Source of the DNA: a virus
Virus record (IMG/VR): IMGVR_UViG_3300040815_002027
DNA: 64,000 bases
Strand: one strand, 5' to 3'
Positions 48,068 to 57,053 of the stretch are shown one piece after another. The stretch's first letter is position 1, and each line of letters opens with the position of its first letter. The translations under genes were made by a program, and so were the position numbers. The notes under the pieces are model-generated. The model searched no databases and had not been told where the DNA came from. It saw only the letters and a list, made by a program, of their open reading frames with translations.

Positions 48068-49701
48068 CAGAATTAGAAAAAATACAAGGAGATTGTACTG
48101 ATGGTTGTGATGAGACTCTTGTAGTCGGAGCTGCTCCAGAAAATTCGGAGAGAAGATATTCTCCTGGATTCTTAGATAGTGGTAGATTGGGTTTGGGTTC
48201 TGGAGGTCCTGCTCCTATAGATTATGAAGCTTTAGGTATACCTAGACCTACTACTAATCCTAGAGGCCTTATAACTGGTTTTGCTAAATATGTTGTTTTT
48301 AAGGAGAAGGTAGGAAATGTATATAAAGAGTATGTAGTAGATATTAAGAAAAGAGAGGACGTAAAAAATGAAACTTCTGGAGAAAATTTAACAAAAGAGC
48401 AATTAGATGCTATAAACATAAAATTTTTATCTCAAAATAATTTAGGCAAAAAAATAGTGCCTATAACTTATAGTAGTTTAAATGGGGAACTGGTTGTTAA
48501 TCCTGCTTTTTTGGGCATAGTTCCTGAGAAGAGGGTTATAGCAGATTCTGAATTATGCTCTCAAATAGATTGTGAGTTTTCGTTCTTTACTGGAGATGAT
48601 GCAGTTGAGCCAGAAGTTATCTATCCGCCAGGTACATTCTTTAGAGTTGCTTTAGACACTTTAGAAGGAGGTCTTTCTCTTCCTAAGTGTGACCAAACTA
48701 TCTACTTTGTAACTCAAGGAAACTGTGTTTGTGAGATACCTAATAAGAAGACTTTACAGGTTATGCTTGTAGAGAGAAATAAAGTAATAGAGAGTGTCTT
48801 TGTTATAGAATCTTTCCAGTTTGATAACTTTGATGTTACTGGACAGTGTCCTAATAGGGCCTCCGAATGGTTAGAAAGATTTGAAATCGAGTCTGGATGT
48901 AAGACTCCTGAAGTAGATATTGATCTAAGTCCGTTTGATAATATTAAGTTCCCAGAATTACCTAGCGTAATTCAAGGTCCTATGGGTATGGCAGGAACTC
49001 CAGGATTCCCAGGAATGCCAGGTGTACCAGGTGTACCAGGAAATAATGGAGAAGCAGGGTCAGATGGTGAGCCAGGAGAGTCTGGAAGCCCAGGAACTCC
49101 AGGACAGCCAGGAAGTGCAGGTGCGCCAGGAGAATGTCCTGATTGTCCATCTCCTTCACCTGCTCCAGAAGAGCCTACTGCTGGTGATGGGTCTTGTAAG
49201 AAGTATAGATTTGTTTACTTAGGAAACCCAGGCGGAGGTTCTGGAGGAGGAGGTTCTGATGTATCCGCTGGAGATGTAAGAAATAATGGAGAGGACTTCC
49301 AAAGCTATTTAGGTGGCGGAGGAGGAGGCCAAGGTTCTGGAATAGGTGATTTTGGTGGAGGAGGATTTGGAGGTGGTGTAGATAGTGGTTTAGGAGGTTT
49401 TGGAGAGTTTGATAACCCTAATTATCAAAGTGGCTTAACCGATGCTGGAGGTACTTTTAATCCAGAAACCATAATGGGGTCTGATACAGGTAATGTTACT
49501 TTAGGTCTAATAGATGCACTAACTGGATTTAGATCAGGGTTGTCTTATTTTGGTGTAGGAGGAGGCGAGAATCAATCTGATGTTCCTTTAGAAGGTGGTT
49601 TAGAAGATGTACAAGATTTTTTGGATAGACTAGCTAATCAGAGCCAAGTTGAAGACAAAAGCGAGAATTCGAATGTTAATATACTAGACCAATTAAAGTA
49701 A
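48064..49701 (+). CDS. putative fiber-associated protein with collagen-like and Gly-rich segments
   Basis: About 18 consecutive G-X-Y triplets (GPMGMAGTPGFPG...). Confidence 0.75.
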   Translation: MTELEKIQGDCTDGCDETLVVGAAPENSERRYSPGFLDSGRLGLGSGGPAPIDYEALGIPRPTTNPRGLITGFAKYVVFKEKVGNVYKEYVVDIKKREDVKNETSGENLTKEQLDAINIKFLSQNNLGKKIVPITYSSLNGELVVNPAFLGIVPEKRVIADSELCSQIDCEFSFFTGDDAVEPEVIYPPGTFFRVALDTLEGGLSLPKCDQTIYFVTQGNCVCEIPNKKTLQVMLVERNKVIESVFVIESFQFDNFDVTGQCPNRASEWLERFEIESGCKTPEVDIDLSPFDNIKFPELPSVIQGPMGMAGTPGFPGMPGVPGVPGNNGEAGSDGEPGESGSPGTPGQPGSAGAPGECPDCPSPSPAPEEPTAGDGSCKKYRFVYLGNPGGGSGGGGSDVSAGDVRNNGEDFQSYLGGGGGGQGSGIGDFGGGGFGGGVDSGLGGFGEFDNPNYQSGLTDAGGTFNPETIMGSDTGNVTLGLIDALTGFRSGLSYFGVGGGENQSDVPLEGGLEDVQDFLDRLANQSQVEDKSENSNVNILDQLK

Positions 49702-49703
49702 TT

Positions 49704-50867
49704 ATGGCTATAGTAAAATATAAAGATTGTAGTGGAGCAGATAAATCAGTAGATAAAGAGTCTACTTTTGAAATATGTGCTACTGATCCTAATAGCTTTG
49801 AGTATAACCCTAGTTTATGGAGAGTAGAAGAGGTGGGATCTTGTGAAGAAGTAAAACCAGCATGTAATAAATATAGAATAACAAGAGAAAGAGGAGGTAT
49901 AGATAGGTCTACTATATTGCTTGTAGAGTGTGAGTCTGGAACTCCTAAAAAAGCAGTACTTAAGGCTAAGAAAAATAGTATTATAGAAATATGTTCTCAA
50001 AAAGAACCGATGTGGGCAAAGGCTTCTTTATTAGAAGGTCTTGTAAAAATAGAAAAAATAGGTGTATGTGGAGCAGACGAAGAGCAGGTAAACGAAGACG
50101 CTCCAGTACCTGCTAATAGGTACTATCAATTAACTCCATGTAATAGTTCCAATGTAGTAGTATACACCAAAAGAGAGCCTGCATTAGATAATGAAAGGGT
50201 TTCTATATCTAATCCTCAAGATGTAGGAGTGCCTTCAAATGTTAATTGGACCTATAATGGACAGACAACGAATGCTGATAATCCTGGAGTTCTAGCTGCA
50301 AGTATTTTCTCTAAGAATGTTTCTGGATGTACAGATACTCAGGAAGATATTTTGGATGGGGGTTTAGATAGACCTAAAGCTAATCCTTACAGTATAAGAA
50401 TAGGCGTGAGTCAAGCAGGAATACAGGCTAAGTTAAGTATAGACGGTACAGAAAGGACTGTAAGTTCTAATAATCTTTTTGTTATTTCTAATTTTAACCC
50501 TACTTCATCTTCTGATACTAGAAGAGTACCTTCTATAAGTTATTCTGTTGGAGATTTAGTACAAGGAACAGATTCTAAAGGATTAGTTAGAGATTATATA
50601 ATTTCTAATATAAGTGAAACATACTCTAACGGTACAGAAAGAAGGACTAATAACTTAAATCAAGGAGATAGATTTAAGTATGTAGGTCAGAATGTTTCTT
50701 TTGATATATTGTATAATTTTTATTTAGAATTAGCCGAAAATGTTCAAGAAGATACTACGCCACCATCTCCACCAGTTACTGGAGGCCCAGACGGCAACAC
50801 TAACAATGTTACTAGGACAGGAAATAATAACTCATCACAAAATGAAACTGTTTTCCAGCCTAGATAA
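49704..50867 (+). CDS. Cys-containing structural/fiber protein
   Basis: Shares RYY...PCN...NERVS...GVP.NV.WTYNGQTT module with 57054. Confidence 0.7.
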   Translation: MAIVKYKDCSGADKSVDKESTFEICATDPNSFEYNPSLWRVEEVGSCEEVKPACNKYRITRERGGIDRSTILLVECESGTPKKAVLKAKKNSIIEICSQKEPMWAKASLLEGLVKIEKIGVCGADEEQVNEDAPVPANRYYQLTPCNSSNVVVYTKREPALDNERVSISNPQDVGVPSNVNWTYNGQTTNADNPGVLAASIFSKNVSGCTDTQEDILDGGLDRPKANPYSIRIGVSQAGIQAKLSIDGTERTVSSNNLFVISNFNPTSSSDTRRVPSISYSVGDLVQGTDSKGLVRDYIISNISETYSNGTERRTNNLNQGDRFKYVGQNVSFDILYNFYLELAENVQEDTTPPSPPVTGGPDGNTNNVTRTGNNNSSQNETVFQPR

Positions 50868-50897
50868 ATTTAAAGATAAACTATATATATAGATAAT

Positions 50898-53800
50898 ATG
50901 TCATTAGAAAGATTTACAAATAATATAGAGATTCTACAGTCTAATAAAAGACTGCAAGGTTTATATATTTCTAATGAAGACATAAATTCTTTAAACTACA
51001 AATTAGCTTATTTAGGAGATGTTTCTACACATAATTTAATTGTAGAAAGTCATTTGTATAATAATTCAGGTAATTATCTCAACTCTATCTACAATACGCC
51101 TTATAGATACTATAGTGAGTATAAGGACTTTTCTTTTGACTTGGCCACTTTATTTGATTCTCTAAATATTTTAAGTGGGGAGTATAAAATAAGTATGTCT
51201 TTCCTAATAAATATATTAGGAGAGTCTAAAAACCCACCTTTAAGTTTAGCGGAAATAAGTCCAGATAGAACTGAGGTTAAATTAATTGTAAAAAAATCTT
51301 ATTTAGATTCTTTTCCGAACATAAGACAAGAAGTAGAGTATTTTAAAGAAGTTGCAGGGTTTATTAGATCTCAAGAGAGATTAAATAGTATAGCTGTAAA
51401 TTTCGGTAGAAATTATATATTTAACGTAGTAAATATAAAAGTAGATTGTGAGGATGATTTAATAATATATTGTAAGTTATATTCTCCTTTACTTGATGAT
51501 ATAGCTTTGAACAGTCTATCTTACATATCTTTAAAAGTTTTAGAAGATTATGTAGAAAATGTAGTAGTACGTACTGAAGAAAGTGGCGGAGATGTAACAA
51601 TACTAAGAGGCCCTAAATTTACAGATTGTAGTCCATTAGAATCAAGTAACGAAACAGATATAAAGAACTGGAATAATTTATTAGATTCGGATTCTTTAAG
51701 TGCTTCTAGAATAATAAATAGTGTATTATCAGGATCAAATGATGTAGATCTTAACTTAGATTTTACAGATTTTAAAAACTTTGTATTATACGGATCTGCT
51801 GAAGAGAGACTAAAGAACTATGACTACAAACTAAAGTTAATAGAGTACTATGATTCTGAAAAGTCTAATATATCTGCCCAACCTGCAAACTCTTCTTCCT
51901 ATGTTTCTAATTTATTAGACACTTATACTAACAGAAAAGAGACTTTAATATCTAATTTTGATAAGTTTGAGGAGTTTTTATATTATAGTACTGGGAGTTT
52001 ATTTTCTTATGATATTACAGGAAGTATATCTCCGAGTCCCAAGTATATAGTATCTAATAAGCTAGTAAACTATTCAGTAACTTCTTCTCAATATAGCAGT
52101 TGGTATACTTCTTTAATAGAAGATGCTAAAGAATACGATAGAACTAACTACAGTAGTTTTTATTTTAACACTCCAGATCATATATTAAGAGACCCTAATA
52201 ATAGTCAATATATCCTATTCATACATATGGTAGGACAGCATTTTGACAATATATATAACTTTATTAGAAAGTTAACTGATATACATAGAAGAGATGAACA
52301 TCCTGAAAGAGGCATACCGAATGAGCTTTTACCTTACTATGTTAGGTCTTTAGGTTGGAAGATTCAGAATACTAAGTCATTAAGTGACTTATGGTTATAT
52401 AAATTAGGAGTTGATGCTACTGGATCTTTAGAGACTCCTGTTGGAGAATTAGCTAGTAAATCTCATCAAAGTTTATCTGAACAAGTATGGAGGAGGATAG
52501 TAAATAACTTACCGTATCTATTAAAAACAAAAGGATCTACAAGATCCATACGAGCTTTGTTTTCTATTTATGGAATACCATTTACTCTTATAAGCGTTAA
52601 AGAGTACGGAGGACCAGAAGTAGATGAAGATAATCCTCCTATATTATCAGAAGATAAGTTTCAATACTTACTAAATTTAGATGGAGACCAGTATATAGAA
52701 ATACCTAGATTACTAGTAACTTCTTCTTTTGATGATACTGTCCAGATACCTCAAACTACTGAGTTTAGATTTAGAACAGACTATAAGTCTGCTCCTAGTA
52801 TGAGTTTATGGGCTATAGAAGAGTCGGGGAGCAGAACAAACATACTACATAACTTAGAAATAGTTAAGCACACTTCATCATTATATGGTCAAGATACTTA
52901 TGGATATTTAAGATACTCTGGTTCTTCTTTTGAGAGTACTAGTAGTCTATTACCTTTATATGATAATGATATATGGACTGTCAGAATGTACTCTGACTAT
53001 CCTATATACTCTGGATCTTTGTTTACTGGAAAACTAAATATAGATGTAGCTAAATCCAGTGATTTTGTAGAAAATAGAGTATCACTATCCTCTAGCTTCT
53101 ATGTCAGTTCCTCTGTTAATGATATGTTGTACTCTTTAGGTGCTACTTCATCTATAGAGCCTTTTGGGCATACCGTTGTTTTTGGTGGCACAACAGGAAG
53201 CAATTCGACTAGATTTAGTGGTTCTGTCCAATCTTATAGGGAGTATTTTGGAAGTTTTTCTAAAAAAGTATTTGAACAGCACGTATTAAACCCTTCAAGT
53301 TACCATTCTACTGCTTTTTCTAGTTCTTATGACCAACTTTATAGGTATTATCCATTAGGTGTAGACAATTTAAGATTTGACCATTCTATTAAAACAGAGT
53401 TGAGTTCTAGCCAACCTAATCAAATATTTTACGGTAGGAACACAGCCCAGATGGTTAACTTCACTGGAAGTCAGTCGCAACAATATACGGCAAAAACAGA
53501 GACTCACTACAGATATTATCCTTCTTTAGGAGCCAATAACCCTAAGTCAAATAAAATTAGACTAGAGTCATCTAAATTAGTTAGGCAACTATCTCCAGAT
53601 AGAAGGGCAGAAGTCAGTAGATATGATAAAGAGCAAAAAGATAGTAATAGACTTGCTGTTGTTTTCTCTCCAACTGATCAAATAAACAAAGATATATCTA
53701 ATCAATTCGGCAGCTATAACTTTGAAAATTTTATAGGAGACCCTGAACACGGAACGCTCACTACTTACCCAGATTTAAGAACAGCAAATGAAGAGTACTT

Positions 53801-55202
53801 TAAGAAATTTACTAAGGCAAACGATATAGGTAAGTTTATAGAGGTGTTTAGTTTGTATGACTACTCTGTATTTGAGCAAATAAAGCAGCTTGTACCTGCA
53901 AGAGCTAACTTAGTTACTGGAGTTTTAATAGAACCTTCTATATTAGAGAGATCTAAGATTAAAAGGACATTTCCAGAGATAAATGTCTTGCAGAAAGAGA
54001 CTGTTTTACCTTCATCCAGGCCAGAATTTACTCCAAGGTATATTGATATACCTCAAGGTATTTTGGAGTTGCCTATAGAGTTAGAAGTAGAAAGGTCAAA
54101 AGAACTTGCAGTAATAGAGCCTTCTTTAGGTTTAGAGGTAGATAGAGAAAAGATGGTATCTGAGTTTTCTACAAACATTGAAGTTGAGGTAGAGAGATCT
54201 AAAAATGTGGGGCAAGAAAGTCTTCTTACTTTGTCTTTTGATAATAACGAGACTGGGGTAAAAAATTATACTGGAGAAATATCTACTACAGATAACTATG
54301 AGATTTCTGGAGACTCTTCTTTGTTTATAGACTCTCTTGGTAAGGCTACTACTGTACGAGGCGATGTTGTCACAGTCAAAAAAGATATTATAGAGAATGG
54401 ACAGATAGTAAGACAGCCTTTCAGTAACGGAGATGTAGTAACTACAACAGAAACTTTCACTTATAAAAGAGACGGTCAAACTTATACTGTAACTATAACT
54501 GATGATAAGTTTGTACCTTTTACGGCAGAAGCTCAATCACTAAAAAGAAATATAGACACAAATAACTATTTAGACATAGAAAAATATGGTGTTGGTTCTT
54601 TCTATGTATACTCTTCTAGTGTAGAAGTAGATTTTGATATTAATCAATTAACTAATGATAATTACATATTCTACTTTACTACTATAGAGCCTGACATATC
54701 CGTTGTTACTGAGCTTTCGGCTTCTAGCTTCCAAGAATTTTTAAATACGTATAATTACAACGTATATACAGGAAAAAACGTTATATATAAGAATTTAGAT
54801 TTAGGATCAGTAGTAGGTACTTATCATATCACTGGTTCTAGAATTTATGATAATGTAAAAAAATATAATTATTTTTATTCTAGTTCTGGGGAGTTTATAC
54901 AAGGACAAACTTCTCCTAATATGTTAAAATCTCCTGTATATTTATCTAATAGAACTGGTTCTAAATCTGATTACATTAGAGAATTAGACTATGCTATAAA
55001 TAAAGAATACAAAGCTTTTTATAGTTCTTCCTTAGAATATGCTAATTACCAGCATTTTACAGATGGTAGTATAGCTAGGTCTAGATTTGAAGGTTCTAAA
55101 TTAGTCGGACCTGCTATAAATGTAGATTCTCCTAATACAGTAACAGGTAGGCCAGTAGTAACTGTTACTATACTTAATGAAAATGATATTATTGTTCAAT
55201 AA
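50898..55202 (+). CDS. large baseplate/tail structural protein
   Basis: 1434 aa; EISPDRTE, MVGQHFD, NNLPYLLKTKGS, KEYGG; located in baseplate module. Confidence 0.75.
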   Translation: MSLERFTNNIEILQSNKRLQGLYISNEDINSLNYKLAYLGDVSTHNLIVESHLYNNSGNYLNSIYNTPYRYYSEYKDFSFDLATLFDSLNILSGEYKISMSFLINILGESKNPPLSLAEISPDRTEVKLIVKKSYLDSFPNIRQEVEYFKEVAGFIRSQERLNSIAVNFGRNYIFNVVNIKVDCEDDLIIYCKLYSPLLDDIALNSLSYISLKVLEDYVENVVVRTEESGGDVTILRGPKFTDCSPLESSNETDIKNWNNLLDSDSLSASRIINSVLSGSNDVDLNLDFTDFKNFVLYGSAEERLKNYDYKLKLIEYYDSEKSNISAQPANSSSYVSNLLDTYTNRKETLISNFDKFEEFLYYSTGSLFSYDITGSISPSPKYIVSNKLVNYSVTSSQYSSWYTSLIEDAKEYDRTNYSSFYFNTPDHILRDPNNSQYILFIHMVGQHFDNIYNFIRKLTDIHRRDEHPERGIPNELLPYYVRSLGWKIQNTKSLSDLWLYKLGVDATGSLETPVGELASKSHQSLSEQVWRRIVNNLPYLLKTKGSTRSIRALFSIYGIPFTLISVKEYGGPEVDEDNPPILSEDKFQYLLNLDGDQYIEIPRLLVTSSFDDTVQIPQTTEFRFRTDYKSAPSMSLWAIEESGSRTNILHNLEIVKHTSSLYGQDTYGYLRYSGSSFESTSSLLPLYDNDIWTVRMYSDYPIYSGSLFTGKLNIDVAKSSDFVENRVSLSSSFYVSSSVNDMLYSLGATSSIEPFGHTVVFGGTTGSNSTRFSGSVQSYREYFGSFSKKVFEQHVLNPSSYHSTAFSSSYDQLYRYYPLGVDNLRFDHSIKTELSSSQPNQIFYGRNTAQMVNFTGSQSQQYTAKTETHYRYYPSLGANNPKSNKIRLESSKLVRQLSPDRRAEVSRYDKEQKDSNRLAVVFSPTDQINKDISNQFGSYNFENFIGDPEHGTLTTYPDLRTANEEYFKKFTKANDIGKFIEVFSLYDYSVFEQIKQLVPARANLVTGVLIEPSILERSKIKRTFPEINVLQKETVLPSSRPEFTPRYIDIPQGILELPIELEVERSKELAVIEPSLGLEVDREKMVSEFSTNIEVEVERSKNVGQESLLTLSFDNNETGVKNYTGEISTTDNYEISGDSSLFIDSLGKATTVRGDVVTVKKDIIENGQIVRQPFSNGDVVTTTETFTYKRDGQTYTVTITDDKFVPFTAEAQSLKRNIDTNNYLDIEKYGVGSFYVYSSSVEVDFDINQLTNDNYIFYFTTIEPDISVVTELSASSFQEFLNTYNYNVYTGKNVIYKNLDLGSVVGTYHITGSRIYDNVKKYNYFYSSSGEFIQGQTSPNMLKSPVYLSNRTGSKSDYIRELDYAINKEYKAFYSSSLEYANYQHFTDGSIARSRFEGSKLVGPAINVDSPNTVTGRPVVTVTILNENDIIVQ

Positions 55203-55254
55203 AATTAAATAAAAATAACAAACTATATATTTATAATAAAAACCAATTTACATT

Positions 55255-55941
55255 ATGGGATATTTAAATAATTCATCAATTGTAATTGATGCCGTCCTTA
55301 CTAAAAAAGGGAGAGAACTTTTGGCGAGAGGACAAAATGAGTTTAGAGTAGCTTTCTTTGCGCTTTCTGATGACGAAGTAGATTACTCTCTATGGAATAG
55401 CGATCACCCTTTAGGTAGTGCTTATTATGGCAGAGCTATAGAAAACCTTCCTATTACTGAAGCGGTTACTGACGAAACGCAAGTAATGAAGTACCCTTTA
55501 GTAACTTTACCTAAAAACACAGTTAGGATTCCAGTTGTAGCAGTTTCTCAGACTGCTTATACGTTTAAATCTCCCTCTGACAGAATTACAATTACTCCAT
55601 CTACAACAAACTTCCCTTCAGGTAATGCTGCATTAGGGTATACGGCAGTACTTAGTGATAGCGATGCCGCTACTTTTGTAGAAGTGACACCGACACCTTC
55701 ACAGCAAGCGGGACAGGATGCTGCTAGATCCATTGCTCCTGCTATAACAGATTTAGAATCTTCACAAACAGTAGTTGTGACTGGAACATCTTTTGTACTT
55801 TCAGGTAAGTTCTCTACTCTTAGAAGCAAGAGTGCTACTTTAACTATTATAGGAAATGAAACTGGTGGTAGAGTTTCTATAGATTTAACTATAAACAGAC
55901 TTACTACTTCTAATTCTCCTGGAGCAAATATCACAACTTAA
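55255..55941 (+). CDS. baseplate/tail structural protein
   Basis: MGYLNNSSIVIDAVLTKKGRELLA, FALSDDEVDY. Confidence 0.7.
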   Translation: MGYLNNSSIVIDAVLTKKGRELLARGQNEFRVAFFALSDDEVDYSLWNSDHPLGSAYYGRAIENLPITEAVTDETQVMKYPLVTLPKNTVRIPVVAVSQTAYTFKSPSDRITITPSTTNFPSGNAALGYTAVLSDSDAATFVEVTPTPSQQAGQDAARSIAPAITDLESSQTVVVTGTSFVLSGKFSTLRSKSATLTIIGNETGGRVSIDLTINRLTTSNSPGANITT

Positions 55942-55958
55942 TAAATAAAAATTAAATT

Positions 55959-57032
55959 ATGTTTATAAGATTCGCTGCTGATGATGTTATCCCAAATCAA
56001 CAGGAAACAGTAACAAGAGCAATGTTTTCTGAAAATGTAGGTAATCTAACTACATTCTTTTCATCATCTGCTCAAACATCTGGACAAAAAGCCTATTACT
56101 ACGAAGTTTATAATAGTGCTTCTACATCTGCTACAGCAGAGCCTCAATTTTCTGTAACATATGGACATAGATTAGGTTCTGGTTCTTCTGGAGAAGGAGG
56201 TCAAGTAGACGACACACCGTCAAGAGCTATTTATGCTCAGTACAGACAACTATGCTTAGATGCTGGAACTCAGGCATTTACTGTAGATGGTAGAACTGTT
56301 AACTCTATTTACGTACTTAACTTTAATAGAGCGAGACTCAAAGATGGCATTGATGAAGGAAATATAGAGTTGAACTTGCATAATTTATCGGGTTCTCAGT
56401 ATCCTAATAATGTACATACAGGTTCTAATGTAATGGTAGACTTTACTAATAGAAATGCTATTAGATTGGTAGATGATAGTAAAATAGCTAACGCTACGCT
56501 TACTACAGCAGGAGAAGTTTACAATATTGTATCAGGAACTATAGAAGATGGAGTCTATAACCAGGTTGCTCCTGTTTATTACGGGAAACTGTATCCTAGA
56601 CTTGGAGTAGCTATATTAGATGGAGATATGTTAGATGCTTCTGCTTCTTTTGGCACTGTTTCTGGTTCTGGAGTAGCAGGGGATAATGCCTTTAAATTAT
56701 TTACATCTTTATCAGGTTCTGCTGCTTTCTTAACTGATGGTAGCGGAGATGCTCTAGGATTGTCAGCGAGAAGCAAAGAATATGTGAAATCTACTCATTA
56801 TTATGTAAGAGCTAGAGCTTCTCAGTATAACTTCTCAAATAATCCTACATTTGTTACAGGATCTGATGGAGATTTAGCTATATCTGATTTTATAAACGAT
56901 CCTAAAGTGTACATAACTACCGTAGGACTTTATGATGAAGATAAGAATTTATTAGCAGTAGCTAAAACTAGTAAGCCAATACAAAAGTCTTTTAGAAAAG
57001 AGACTTTAATAGAGGTTAAACTGGATTACTAA
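55959..57032 (+). CDS. tail/baseplate structural protein (tail-collar-like C-terminus)
   Basis: YITTVGLYD..NLLAVAK.SKP. Confidence 0.7.
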   Translation: MFIRFAADDVIPNQQETVTRAMFSENVGNLTTFFSSSAQTSGQKAYYYEVYNSASTSATAEPQFSVTYGHRLGSGSSGEGGQVDDTPSRAIYAQYRQLCLDAGTQAFTVDGRTVNSIYVLNFNRARLKDGIDEGNIELNLHNLSGSQYPNNVHTGSNVMVDFTNRNAIRLVDDSKIANATLTTAGEVYNIVSGTIEDGVYNQVAPVYYGKLYPRLGVAILDGDMLDASASFGTVSGSGVAGDNAFKLFTSLSGSAAFLTDGSGDALGLSARSKEYVKSTHYYVRARASQYNFSNNPTFVTGSDGDLAISDFINDPKVYITTVGLYDEDKNLLAVAKTSKPIQKSFRKETLIEVKLDY

Positions 57033-57053
57033 TATAGTAGTTAAAAATTATTT

